A DNA stretch of 64,000 nucleotides from an uncultured bacterium (GTDB lineage Bacteria; UBP6; UBA1177), in NCBI GenBank assembly GCA_905235605.1, contig CAJOMF010000003.1:5173-69172 (forward strand), in the 5' to 3' direction. The translations under genes and the position numbers were made by a program. Of the stretch, positions 9,936-19,623 are shown piece after piece. Each line of letters opens with the position of its first letter. Position 1 is the stretch's first letter. The notes below the pieces were generated by a model that worked only from the letters and a program-made list of their open reading frames with translations, ran no database searches and was not told the DNA's origin.

Positions 9936-10892
9936 ATGAAAATTTTCAGATCATTGGAATCAGTTCCGAAAGATAAAGAAATATCCCTTGCGATAGGCAA
10001 CTTCGACGGAGTCCACCTCGGGCACGCCGAAATAATAAGACAGTGCAGGACCGAAAGCGCGTGCAGCTCTGCAATACTCACATTCGACATTCATCCGAGA
10101 AAATTCCTCTATCCGGAATTTGCACCTAAATCGCTGACTCTCCCCTATGAAAAATATGCGTTTTTCAAAACTTTGGGCGTTGATTTCGTGATAGAACTTC
10201 CGTTTGCCGAATATTATTCAATGGATCCGCTTACATTTCTCGACACATTGAAACAAAACCTTGATTTGAAGCATATAACCATCGGATTCAACTTCTTTTT
10301 CGGTAAGAATCAGAAGGGAAACGCCGAAATAGCCTTCTGGTGGGGACGTTCCGCAGGTGTTAAAATCAATGTTGTCCAGCCTTTTCTTAAAAACGGAACA
10401 AGAGTAAGTTCAAGCGCGATACGGGAACTGATATTATCCGGCAACATGAAAAATGCAGCGTCGCTCCTGCTTTATCCGTTTCTGATAAGCGGTACTGTCC
10501 AGCGCGGAAAACAGATAGGACGAACGCTCAACTTCCCTACCCTCAACCTTGAAACCCCGGACAAAATCATGCCGCCTGACGGTGTTTACATAACGCAGAC
10601 CGTTTTTGACGGGAAACAGTTCAACTCCCTTACTAACATCGGCACAAATCCGACGATAGACGCCGAATCAAAGCAGAAGATCATCGAAACATGGGTCGAT
10701 TCCGAAGATATCGGAGAACTTTACGGCAAAAAAATCTCGGTTTATTTCCTGAAAAAAATAAGAGACGAAATCAGATTTTCTTCAAAAGAGAAACTTTCGG
10801 AAACGATCTCTCACGACAAAGAAATCTGCCGCAAATTCATAGAATCCAATAAAATCAAAGAATTACCTGATATTTTTCAAGATCTTGGCTGA
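9936..10892 (+). CDS. ribF: Bifunctional riboflavin kinase / FAD synthetase
   Basis: GNFDGVHLGH nucleotidyltransferase motif at the N-terminus and a riboflavin-kinase C-terminal half (…PTLNL…PPDGVY…). Confidence 0.85.
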   Translation: MKIFRSLESVPKDKEISLAIGNFDGVHLGHAEIIRQCRTESACSSAILTFDIHPRKFLYPEFAPKSLTLPYEKYAFFKTLGVDFVIELPFAEYYSMDPLTFLDTLKQNLDLKHITIGFNFFFGKNQKGNAEIAFWWGRSAGVKINVVQPFLKNGTRVSSSAIRELILSGNMKNAASLLLYPFLISGTVQRGKQIGRTLNFPTLNLETPDKIMPPDGVYITQTVFDGKQFNSLTNIGTNPTIDAESKQKIIETWVDSEDIGELYGKKISVYFLKKIRDEIRFSSKEKLSETISHDKEICRKFIESNKIKELPDIFQDLG

Positions 10893-11639
10893 TTATTCAC
10901 AGGCCGGATAAGGAATAATTGATCCTGCAAGAGAAGGATCAAACAAATCACCTTCAGCCGAAAAAGCGATATTGGCTCCGTCGTTTGAAGTCAGGTCGTA
11001 ACTGCCTGAATCAGAAACAGCACGGACGCACTTTACATTGAACGCTCCGCCCTGGATATTGACCGTGATATCGCCATAAAATGCATAAGAACTTACATCT
11101 TTCATAGTTCCTGAACCGATTTCTGCATTCTGCGGAATGGAAATTCCGAAAACCTGCTTTTCTGAAGTACCGGAAACATCACCGAATCCGAAACTGTCAA
11201 GCCACAGAACAATGATATTTCCGCTGTTCACCATCGCAAGAGGGAAAATATCGATATTCATTACATTTATTTCCGAAAAAGCGACCGGCATTCCGTTATA
11301 CATGAAATTGGCAGTACCTTTTCCGCCGCGGCTCTGCAGACTGATCGTCGTGTTGATCTGTCCTGAAAAACTAAGATTGAAATTTCCTATCGGATCGATG
11401 GCAGGCTCAGTCGGCTCCTCTTCCGGCTGTTCAGGCTCGTCGTCAACAACAATCTCTTCATCGACCGAATCTTCGTCCGATTCTTCAACCGCATCTTCAT
11501 CGGTTTCAAAATCATCTGCACTTTCGACGTCCGAGACCTCATCTCCATCAGAAACTACCATCTCCGGATCTGAATCACCGCATCCGGCAGACAAAAACGC
11601 AATTAAAAGCACTAAAACCAAAAGAAAAACTTTCTTCAT
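10893..11639 (-). CDS. Lipoprotein with acidic low-complexity linker and beta-rich C-terminal domain
   Basis: Lipobox LSAGC after a signal peptide, followed by about 70 aa of D/E/S-rich linker and a globular domain. Confidence 0.5.
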   Translation of the reverse strand: MKKVFLLVLVLLIAFLSAGCGDSDPEMVVSDGDEVSDVESADDFETDEDAVEESDEDSVDEEIVVDDEPEQPEEEPTEPAIDPIGNFNLSFSGQINTTISLQSRGGKGTANFMYNGMPVAFSEINVMNIDIFPLAMVNSGNIIVLWLDSFGFGDVSGTSEKQVFGISIPQNAEIGSGTMKDVSSYAFYGDITVNIQGGAFNVKCVRAVSDSGSYDLTSNDGANIAFSAEGDLFDPSLAGSIIPYPACE

Positions 11640-11681
11640 AACATTCCCCCTAAAAATAAAACTCCCTAAACTCCCTACTCC

Positions 11682-12509
11682 CTAAAACAACGGTTTGTTC
11701 TCACCCGTGTTCGCACCGACAACGATGAAAATATGGTTCAGTTTCCCTTTTTTGAAAAGCGGGATCGCCTCGCCTTTCATGAAAAGGATGTTGCTTTCGT
11801 CTTCTTTCAGGTTGCCGATTATCGCAATAGGAATGTAAGGGATCGTGTAGTTTTCACTGAGGTTTGCACTCAGCATCTTCTTGCCGTCAGCCTCAGGCGA
11901 GTTGCAGAGTTTGTCAAGAAAAAGGACAGAAAGTGACTGACCGTTGCCGCGCAGTATCGCCGTGCATTCCTCCCTGTTTTCAAGAACAGCCGGAATCGTG
12001 AACTCTTTTGAAGTGATGAGCTCGACCTCGGCTCTCGCTCCGTGGAACGATGTGACAAGCCCGACCAGACCCATGCTCGAAACGACTGTCGATTTTTCAG
12101 CCATGAGTTTTGCGTACTGCTCTTCGTAACTTATAGTTATCCGGTTCGGGTTGAGTTCGGAATAATTAAGTATTTTTGCCGGAATGATCGTATATTTGCC
12201 GTAACTGTCCTTGAGTTTGAGCAGTTTGGAAAGCTCTTCATTCTCCTTTTTTATGGCATCGTTCATAAGAAGTCTGACTTTCAGTTCAGATACTTCCTGC
12301 TCAAGGATTTTGTTTTGTCTGCCGACATTTTTAAGATCTATAATTATACGGAAAGTTTCACTGACATTTTCAAGCTGAGCGTGAAGAAGCATCTGGACAT
12401 CATCAATGAAATAAAATCTTGAATTATACTCTAAAAAAAACTGAGGAACTATAAGAACAAGAAAAAATGAAGCAATAAAAATATAACGGACAACCTTTTT
12501 TCTATTCAA
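11682..12509 (-). CDS. mreC: Rod shape-determining protein MreC
   Basis: N-terminal TM, coiled-coil, then beta domain. Lies immediately downstream of mreB with a 3-nt gap. Confidence 0.7.
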   Translation of the reverse strand: MNRKKVVRYIFIASFFLVLIVPQFFLEYNSRFYFIDDVQMLLHAQLENVSETFRIIIDLKNVGRQNKILEQEVSELKVRLLMNDAIKKENEELSKLLKLKDSYGKYTIIPAKILNYSELNPNRITISYEEQYAKLMAEKSTVVSSMGLVGLVTSFHGARAEVELITSKEFTIPAVLENREECTAILRGNGQSLSVLFLDKLCNSPEADGKKMLSANLSENYTIPYIPIAIIGNLKEDESNILFMKGEAIPLFKKGKLNHIFIVVGANTGENKPLF

Positions 12510-12511
12510 TA

Positions 12512-13552
12512 TCAGTACAATGATACAGTTTTCAAAAGTGAAATATTTTCAAGTATTTTACCAGTTCCCACAACTACTGATTTGAGCGGGTCTTCGGCTA
12601 TTATAACAGGAAGATTCGTCTCTTCTCGGATAAGAATGTCAAGATTCTTCAAAAGAGCTCCGCCGCCGGCAAGAACTATGCCTTTGTCAACAATGTCGGC
12701 TGCAAGTTCAGGCGGCGTGTTTTCAAGAACGCTTTTTATTGCAGAAACAATCGATTTGACAACTTCTGAAAGACTTTCCCTTACTTCGTCGCTCTGAATT
12801 TCGATCGTTTTCGGAACTCCGGCAACAAGGTCAAGTCCTTTGACTTCCATAAATTCGCGTGATTCGTCGGGATAAGCGTTGCCGATAGTGCACTTTATCT
12901 GTTCAGCCATCCTTTCACCTATAGCGAGATTGTACTTTTTCTTAATGTAATCGATTATGCTCTCGTCCATTTTGTCACCGGCAGACTTCACCGATTTGGA
13001 GTAGACGATCCCGGCAAGCGAAATGACCGCGACTTCTGTTGTTCCGCCTCCGATGTCAACGATCATGTTTCCGGTCGGTTCGATGACGGGCATGTTTGCT
13101 CCGACAGCAGCAGCCATCGGCTGTTCGACAAGGAAAACCTCTCTCGCACCGGCGCCGAGAGCAGCCTCTCTGACAGTTCTTTTTTCGACTTCGGTAATGC
13201 CGTAGGGAACACCTATCGCGATCCTCGGCTTAATGAAACTTCCGCGTTTGTATGCGTGTTTTATGAAGTATCTGAGCATCTGGCTCGCAACCTCGAAATC
13301 GGCGATGACGCCGTCTTTCAAAGGCCTGATAACACTGATGTTTACAGGTGCTTTACCTATCATTTCCTTGGCTTCCCTGCCTACTGCGCGCACCGATTTC
13401 GCGCCTCTCGAATCCTTTTCCTGAACAGCTACGACACTCGGTTCGTTGCCGACGATCCCTTCGCCTTTGACATATATCAAAGTATTTGCTGTGCCCAAAT
13501 CTATAGCGATATCGCTTGTAAAAACCGATAAAACATTATCCAACTGAAACAT
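12512..13552 (-). CDS. mreB: Rod shape-determining actin homologue MreB
   Basis: Actin-fold motifs IDLGTANTLIY and DIGGGTTEVAV. 346 aa. Confidence 0.92.
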   Translation of the reverse strand: MFQLDNVLSVFTSDIAIDLGTANTLIYVKGEGIVGNEPSVVAVQEKDSRGAKSVRAVGREAKEMIGKAPVNISVIRPLKDGVIADFEVASQMLRYFIKHAYKRGSFIKPRIAIGVPYGITEVEKRTVREAALGAGAREVFLVEQPMAAAVGANMPVIEPTGNMIVDIGGGTTEVAVISLAGIVYSKSVKSAGDKMDESIIDYIKKKYNLAIGERMAEQIKCTIGNAYPDESREFMEVKGLDLVAGVPKTIEIQSDEVRESLSEVVKSIVSAIKSVLENTPPELAADIVDKGIVLAGGGALLKNLDILIREETNLPVIIAEDPLKSVVVGTGKILENISLLKTVSLY

Positions 13553-13649
13553 TTTTCCTTCCTTTCAACCAACAAAAACAAAAAAACGCAAAAGTATAGT
13601 CGCAGAAATATCAAAGTAAAGAAGTTTTGCGTGTTTTCCGCGTTTAATT

Positions 13650-16600
13650 TTATTTAACTTTCAGATAAAACTGGTCGTAACCGAATACAGATTTGTACTG
13701 TGCCAGTCCCGACAAATCGATATTGCCCTGTTTTTCAAGAACAATGTGATCACCGGCATCACCGAAAGTTATCTTCAGCTGCAGCCTGATTTTAAATGCA
13801 GTCGGCTCTACGGAAAAGAGCGTCTCCAAATTTGCCTTGTTTTTCATAAATTCTTCTTCGGTGCACTCGTAAACCAGTAGCGGCTCGAAAGCGGGATCAT
13901 TCTCCCGGCAGTAAAGCATGAACTGATCAACAGTTTTAACGTCAGTTTTGATGTCGTTTATGGAGAGCACCACCTTTTCCAGAGTCTTATCCTCTTCGTC
14001 TCCGGTAAGAACAGCCCTTCCTCTGACCTTGAAAATAAGCGGCACTTTTGAAGCGAGTTTTGCAACATCCGGATTTCCCAAAGGATTTTCAATTTTGTTT
14101 ATCGAAAACTCAATCGAGCTATCTTCACTTTCCAAAATTCCTTTGAGATAGTATTCCCTGCCGTCTTTGCTTTTAGTCGGTTTGACATCCGTAGTAATTA
14201 TTCCCGGCACCCAGTTGTCGCTGCGCTGCCCGTAGAAACGCTTTCCGGACTCGACTTCTTCAACGACGCTGTTTATCGAACTGAGACCCAGATTCTGAAA
14301 ATCTTTTCTGAAAAATCCTGCCGGATGGTTGGAAAGATAGATTCCCAGGACCTCACGCTCGAATGCAAGCGAATCAAAAACATCCCAAGCCGCACTTGCG
14401 TCAACCTGTTTGAGAATTTCTTCATCAGTCATACTCAAACTGCTGTCGGGAATCGCATCCGCAAATGCTGCAAAAAGGCTGAGCTGTCCGTTATCCTTGT
14501 CTTCAGCCGCCTTACTCCCCTCTTTCAATGCTATCGGAAGCATCGCCAGAAGAAGTCCGCGGTTTATCCCGGTAAAATCAAAAGCACCTGCTTTTATCAA
14601 ATACTCGATCGCCCTTGAATTGACTTTTGACTGACTCATCCTGCTCGTAAAGTCGATCAGGGATTTAAAGCCGCCGTTTTTCTCGCGCTCCTTTATTATC
14701 TCATCGACTGCAGCTTCTCCTACATTTTTAACGGCTCCGAAACCGTATCTTATGGCGTTGTCCTCAATACTGAAACTGTTGAGACTTTTGTTCACATCAG
14801 GCAGATAGACCTTGATTCCGTGTTCACGGGCATCGCTTATATACATGAAAACCTTGTTTGCATCGCCCGCTTCGGAAGTGATGAGCGCCGTCAGGAATTC
14901 TGTCGGATAATGGGTTTTGAGGTAAGCCGTCTGATACGAAATATAGCCGTAGCACGCCGCATGCGACTTGTTGAAGCCGTAACTTGCAAACTTTTCCATG
15001 TGGTCGAAAACGAGTTTAGCCGTCTCTTCCGAAATCCCGTTGTTCTTGGCTCCGTCAATGAATTTGACCTTAGCCTCGGCCATTTTTGCAGCGATTTTTT
15101 TACCCATCGCCTTTCTAAGACCGTCCGCCTGTCCCATCGAGAATCCTGCAAGACGGCGCGAAATCTGCATTACCTGCTCCTGATAGACCATGAGCCCGTA
15201 AGTCTCGCTCAAAATCTCGCTCAACCACGGATGGTCATATTCTATCGGCTCTTTTCCGTGTTTCCTGCGGATATAGTTCGGAATAATGTCCATAGGTCCC
15301 GGACGGTAAAGCGCGACAGCCGCGATAAGGTCTTCGATCCGGTCAGGTTTCATCTGGTGGATCATCTTTTCAAAACCGCCGCTTTCCATTTGGAATATCC
15401 CTTTCGTACTGTTCTCACAGATATATTTGTATGTCGCGGCGTCATCCAGCGGGATCTTTGATATGTCGAAATCAGGCTTTTTCTTTTTGATCAGCGATAC
15501 TGCGTGGTTTATCATCGTAAGAGTTTTGAGCCCGAGGAAGTCGAATTTGACCAGACCGACGAGTTCAACTGTCGTCTTTTCATACTGCGTAACGTGGTAG
15601 TTGTCCTTATCGACGAATATCGGCGAATACTCGTAAATCGGCTTCTGACCGATGACGAGGCCGCATGCGTGCTTTCCAGGCTGGCGGAGAAGACCCTCAA
15701 TTTTCACCGCGATATTTATGATTTTTGAAAAATCCTCGTTGTCGCGGACTACCTGCCTTTCATTTGCAAAAGCGTCTATCGCAGCATTCAGCGCTTTTAT
15801 CTCGTCCGTATCTTCGGGAGCTATCCTGAGACTTTCCACTGCTTTCCGCAGTTTATCCGGGTCAGCGGCTGTATCGGCAGATACATTGTATTTCTCGATA
15901 AGTTTTTTCGTCGTGTCCTTAGTTTTTTTGAGATACTGCGGCGAATACATATCTGCAAAGGCTTCCGGAACGATTTTTGCCAGCTTGTCGGCCGTTGTAA
16001 GCGGAATATCAAGCGCTCTTGCGACATCGCGTATTGCCGACTTTGCCTTGAGCTGACCGAAAGTGGCGATCTGGGCAACATTGTCAAATCCGTATTTGCT
16101 CTCAACATACTCAATGACACGCTCGCGGTTGTCCTGGCAGAAATCAACGTCGAAATCCGGCATCGAGATTCGCTCAGGATTAAGGAATCTCTCGAAAAGA
16201 AGCTCGTAGCGGAGCGGATCGAGGTCGGTGATCCTTGTGCAGTATGCGACAAGCGAGCCTGCACCGCTGCCACGTCCTGGTCCTACCGGAATTCCGTGAT
16301 TTTTCGCCCAGCGGATAAAGTCCGAGACTATGAGGAAGTACCCAGGGAAATCCATCCTGATTATAACACCCAGCTCATATTCAAGCCTGTCGCGGTAAGC
16401 CTGTTTCTTATCTTCCGGCGTTCCGAGCTCAAGAAATCTCTCTTCAAGCCCCTGCTCCGCCATATCCCGCAGGAACTGAGCAGGAGTTTTGTCGCCGGTA
16501 TCGAAAATCGGCAGGTAGTTGTGCCCGAGATCAAGCTGAACGGCACATCTTCCGGCGATTTTGACGGTGTTTTCTATCGCCTCCGTCCCAGCCTCGCCGT

Positions 16601-17396
16601 AGACACTGAAAAGATTGCGCATTTCCTCTTCGCTTTTGAGGTAGAACGCCGCTGTTTCGTGGTGCATCCTGTCGGTATCAGTAACCTTTTTCTTTTCGTT
16701 TATGCAGAAAAGAATATCCTGAGCTTCTGCATCTTCTGGGCTCAAATAGTGGACATCATTCGTCGCTACAAGTCCTACTCCGAGCTCGCGGGCAAGTTTT
16801 ATAAGTTTCGGATTGACTTCTTCCTGCTCTTTTATGCCGTTTACCTGAAGCTCGATAAAGAAATTTTCCTTCCCGAAAAGTTCGATATATTCAAGCGCGA
16901 TCCGTTTTGCATCATCGTCTCTTCCGGCCACTAAGGCACGCGGTATCTCTCCGCCCAGACAGGCACTCGTCGCGATTATACCTTCAGCGTGGTCTTTGAT
17001 AAGAGCTCTGTCGATACGCGGCTTGTAGTAAAACCCGTCGACGAATGCGGTTGAAGCCATGTAACACAGATTTTTATATCCTTTGTCGTTTTCTGCGAGC
17101 AGAAGAAGATGAAACGCGTCTTTTGCCACCTTTTCCGTTCTGTCGTGCGCCGAAATATAGGCCTCCATGCCGATTATAGGCTTGATTCTGGCGTTTTCGA
17201 TACTGTTGTAGTTCCCTTTTTCGTCTTTACCTATCATCGTCGTGTAAAAATCGACGACACCGTGCATATTCCCGTGGTCTGTAATAGCGACAGCGCTCAT
17301 GCCGAGCTTTTCAAGTTTTTTTGCCAGATCTCCAGGCTTGACAAGACCGTCAAGAAAGGAATAAATCGTGTGCAAGTGCAAGTGGACAAACGCCAT
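13650..17396 (-). CDS. dnaE: DNA polymerase III alpha subunit
   Basis: PHP domain (MAFVHLHLHTIYSFLDGL), polymerase core and OB fold. 1248 aa. Confidence 0.95.
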   Translation of the reverse strand: MAFVHLHLHTIYSFLDGLVKPGDLAKKLEKLGMSAVAITDHGNMHGVVDFYTTMIGKDEKGNYNSIENARIKPIIGMEAYISAHDRTEKVAKDAFHLLLLAENDKGYKNLCYMASTAFVDGFYYKPRIDRALIKDHAEGIIATSACLGGEIPRALVAGRDDDAKRIALEYIELFGKENFFIELQVNGIKEQEEVNPKLIKLARELGVGLVATNDVHYLSPEDAEAQDILFCINEKKKVTDTDRMHHETAAFYLKSEEEMRNLFSVYGEAGTEAIENTVKIAGRCAVQLDLGHNYLPIFDTGDKTPAQFLRDMAEQGLEERFLELGTPEDKKQAYRDRLEYELGVIIRMDFPGYFLIVSDFIRWAKNHGIPVGPGRGSGAGSLVAYCTRITDLDPLRYELLFERFLNPERISMPDFDVDFCQDNRERVIEYVESKYGFDNVAQIATFGQLKAKSAIRDVARALDIPLTTADKLAKIVPEAFADMYSPQYLKKTKDTTKKLIEKYNVSADTAADPDKLRKAVESLRIAPEDTDEIKALNAAIDAFANERQVVRDNEDFSKIINIAVKIEGLLRQPGKHACGLVIGQKPIYEYSPIFVDKDNYHVTQYEKTTVELVGLVKFDFLGLKTLTMINHAVSLIKKKKPDFDISKIPLDDAATYKYICENSTKGIFQMESGGFEKMIHQMKPDRIEDLIAAVALYRPGPMDIIPNYIRRKHGKEPIEYDHPWLSEILSETYGLMVYQEQVMQISRRLAGFSMGQADGLRKAMGKKIAAKMAEAKVKFIDGAKNNGISEETAKLVFDHMEKFASYGFNKSHAACYGYISYQTAYLKTHYPTEFLTALITSEAGDANKVFMYISDAREHGIKVYLPDVNKSLNSFSIEDNAIRYGFGAVKNVGEAAVDEIIKEREKNGGFKSLIDFTSRMSQSKVNSRAIEYLIKAGAFDFTGINRGLLLAMLPIALKEGSKAAEDKDNGQLSLFAAFADAIPDSSLSMTDEEILKQVDASAAWDVFDSLAFEREVLGIYLSNHPAGFFRKDFQNLGLSSINSVVEEVESGKRFYGQRSDNWVPGIITTDVKPTKSKDGREYYLKGILESEDSSIEFSINKIENPLGNPDVAKLASKVPLIFKVRGRAVLTGDEEDKTLEKVVLSINDIKTDVKTVDQFMLYCRENDPAFEPLLVYECTEEEFMKNKANLETLFSVEPTAFKIRLQLKITFGDAGDHIVLEKQGNIDLSGLAQYKSVFGYDQFYLKVK

Positions 17397-17404
17397 TTCA
17401 TCTC

Positions 17405-18514
17405 CTATTTAATGTTGATTTTATTATATATTTCCATCATTTGAGTAACATTACCGTTCCAGTCGTAGAGCTTAAGGACGCGCTCTCTCCCCGCTTTTCC
17501 CATTATGCCCCGCAAACCGGCGTCAAGAACGAGTTTTTCAAGTTTTTCAGCGGCTGCTCCGGCATTCTTTTTTTCGACTACGAAACCTGTTTTTCCGTCT
17601 TCTACGACTTCGGGAAGTCCGCCGACATTCGAAACCACGACAGGCTTTCCGCACCCCTGTGCTTCGACTATCGCAACTCCGAAACTTTCGCTGTCGAGAA
17701 TGGAAAGGGCCGCATAAATATCTATAACCTTATGAAAATACGGAACTTTTGAATAATCAGCCATTCCGGCAAAATAAACTTTTTCATCGATTTTCAGTTC
17801 TTTCGCCGAATTTTCGAGATTTTTTCTTTCGCTGCCGCCACCGACAATAAGCAGTTTCAACGGAAGTTCCGGGTGTTTTCGCAAAACTACCGAAAAAGCC
17901 TCGATGAGATAGTTTATTCCGTACTTTTCTTCCAGCAGTTTTATCGTTCCGATAACGATATCATTTTCAGAAAACGGCGTTGAAACTGAGCGGTCGGCTT
18001 TTTCAGGGCTGAACTGAACGGTATCTATGCCGAAAGGTGTCACTTCAACATCCTTATCGGTATAATTTTTCGTCTCAACTGCCATAACATGACTTGTCGA
18101 AAGGATCTTATCTGCTTTTTTCAAATTGAATTCAAGAATGGATCTGTGCAGGAAACTCTTTTTCGGAAAATCGAAAACGTCGCTCCCCCAGACAGAAAGA
18201 ATGAACGGATGGAAACCGCTTAAAGCTCCAAGCAGACCGTAGCTTGTCGCAAAATGGGCGTGAATAATATCGGGCTTAAAATCGCGAATAACTTTTTTAA
18301 GCTCCGGCAGAACTTTCAGATAGCTGAGCTTGCTTAAACCGCCGAACCGTTTTTGAAGGTCGAAACCGGTGAAAGTGAAATTATGATCAGGATAATCGGT
18401 CTTATTTACAGGTTTTAAACTGAAAAGATGGATCGTAACCCCTTTTTCGGCAATGGAATTTACCCACCTTTTCGTGTGGATCGAAGAGCCGTCTGAAAGA
18501 AAAAGTATCCTCAT
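17405..18514 (-). CDS. Glycosyltransferase family 4 (GT-B, group 1)
   Basis: RILFLSDG… N-terminus and C-terminal GT4 motifs (…GLPEVVEDGKTGFVV…). Start taken at the internal ATG at 18514, which forms an ATGA overlap with the upstream gene's stop. Confidence 0.8.
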   Translation of the reverse strand: MRILFLSDGSSIHTKRWVNSIAEKGVTIHLFSLKPVNKTDYPDHNFTFTGFDLQKRFGGLSKLSYLKVLPELKKVIRDFKPDIIHAHFATSYGLLGALSGFHPFILSVWGSDVFDFPKKSFLHRSILEFNLKKADKILSTSHVMAVETKNYTDKDVEVTPFGIDTVQFSPEKADRSVSTPFSENDIVIGTIKLLEEKYGINYLIEAFSVVLRKHPELPLKLLIVGGGSERKNLENSAKELKIDEKVYFAGMADYSKVPYFHKVIDIYAALSILDSESFGVAIVEAQGCGKPVVVSNVGGLPEVVEDGKTGFVVEKKNAGAAAEKLEKLVLDAGLRGIMGKAGRERVLKLYDWNGNVTQMMEIYNKINIK

Positions 18515-19623
18515 TTTTTCACCCCGCAAAGCTGTTCAGCAACAAATAAAGCTCTCGCTTCCCAAGTATTTTCCGGAATCGCCTTAATAACATTTTCACG
18601 TTTTTTCACTACAAGTCCGCGATCCTCAGCCAGTTTTTGCAGAAATTCGCCGTAAGAGCAGTCAACTACCCAGCCGACACCGTTCGATTCAACAAAATCG
18701 GCAACGGCAGTTCCCGGATAAGTAACAACAGGAACACCGTGTGAAACCGATTCTATAAGTTTGAAAGGCATTGCGAATCTCCAATAGTCGTAAAAAGCAC
18801 AAAGAATCGCAAAGACATCGGCTTTTCTATAGCATTCATCAACAATTCCGCCTGTTCCGTGAACTATCGAAATATTAGGTTCTCCCTCAGTTTTGTAACG
18901 CTCTTTCACCGATTCATATTCGTTTTTGCGGCATACTATCGTAAGTTTGAGCATCTCTCTGCCCCTCACAGCCTCAATAAGCGGAGTCAGATCGTAAAGA
19001 GGCGGAAGAATTCCTCCCACATAAAGTATCGAAAGTCTGTTTTCTTCTGACAATTCTTTTCTGACCGCGTTGTCTTCCCCGCCTGAAGGAAGTGCAAAAA
19101 CCTTCGGCACAGTGATTTTTGCAGGAACAGCTTCCAGCATTTTCATCGAAGGAAGAAAAAGTACATCTATGAGCTCATTATATTTTTTCAAATCATATTT
19201 GTAAAAAGGAAGAGCGAAAAGCCTTTTTAAAAGAGGGACCGACTTTTTATACAAATCGAATGCCCAGAAAACATCCCTGTAAAAAAGCCCTATCGGAATA
19301 TCGTACCGTTTCAACTCATTAAAAAAACTGAAATCTACAAAGGGATGAAGCGGCAGATGGTGACTGTCGGTAAGCAGAGTCGGCATCGTTGAAGATTCCG
19401 AATAACAGAAGTCATACTTTTCGCCGTTTTTTATTATTCTATTTAGTATTTCCGAGCACTTAGTTTTTCTTTCAGAAGCATTTCCGCAGACTTTTTCGAC
19501 ATAAAAACCGGCTTTTTCAAAACCTTTTATCATTTTCAGAGGTCTGATTCCGCTCGCCGAAACTGCATTTTCATTCAAAGGAAGGGGTATATGAAAAATC
19601 ATTTTTCTGCTATTTTGCGGCAT
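18511..19623 (-). CDS. Putative glycosyltransferase
   Basis: 370-aa cytoplasmic protein inside the glycan locus with a GT-B-like C-terminal half. Family unresolved. Confidence 0.4.
   Translation of the reverse strand: MPQNSRKMIFHIPLPLNENAVSASGIRPLKMIKGFEKAGFYVEKVCGNASERKTKCSEILNRIIKNGEKYDFCYSESSTMPTLLTDSHHLPLHPFVDFSFFNELKRYDIPIGLFYRDVFWAFDLYKKSVPLLKRLFALPFYKYDLKKYNELIDVLFLPSMKMLEAVPAKITVPKVFALPSGGEDNAVRKELSEENRLSILYVGGILPPLYDLTPLIEAVRGREMLKLTIVCRKNEYESVKERYKTEGEPNISIVHGTGGIVDECYRKADVFAILCAFYDYWRFAMPFKLIESVSHGVPVVTYPGTAVADFVESNGVGWVVDCSYGEFLQKLAEDRGLVVKKRENVIKAIPENTWEARALFVAEQLCGVKK

Noticed and set aside
14820-16934. Two ~212-aa ORFs antisense to dnaE
   Set aside because: Same reasoning. 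They are embedded in dnaE and show no coding-like composition.
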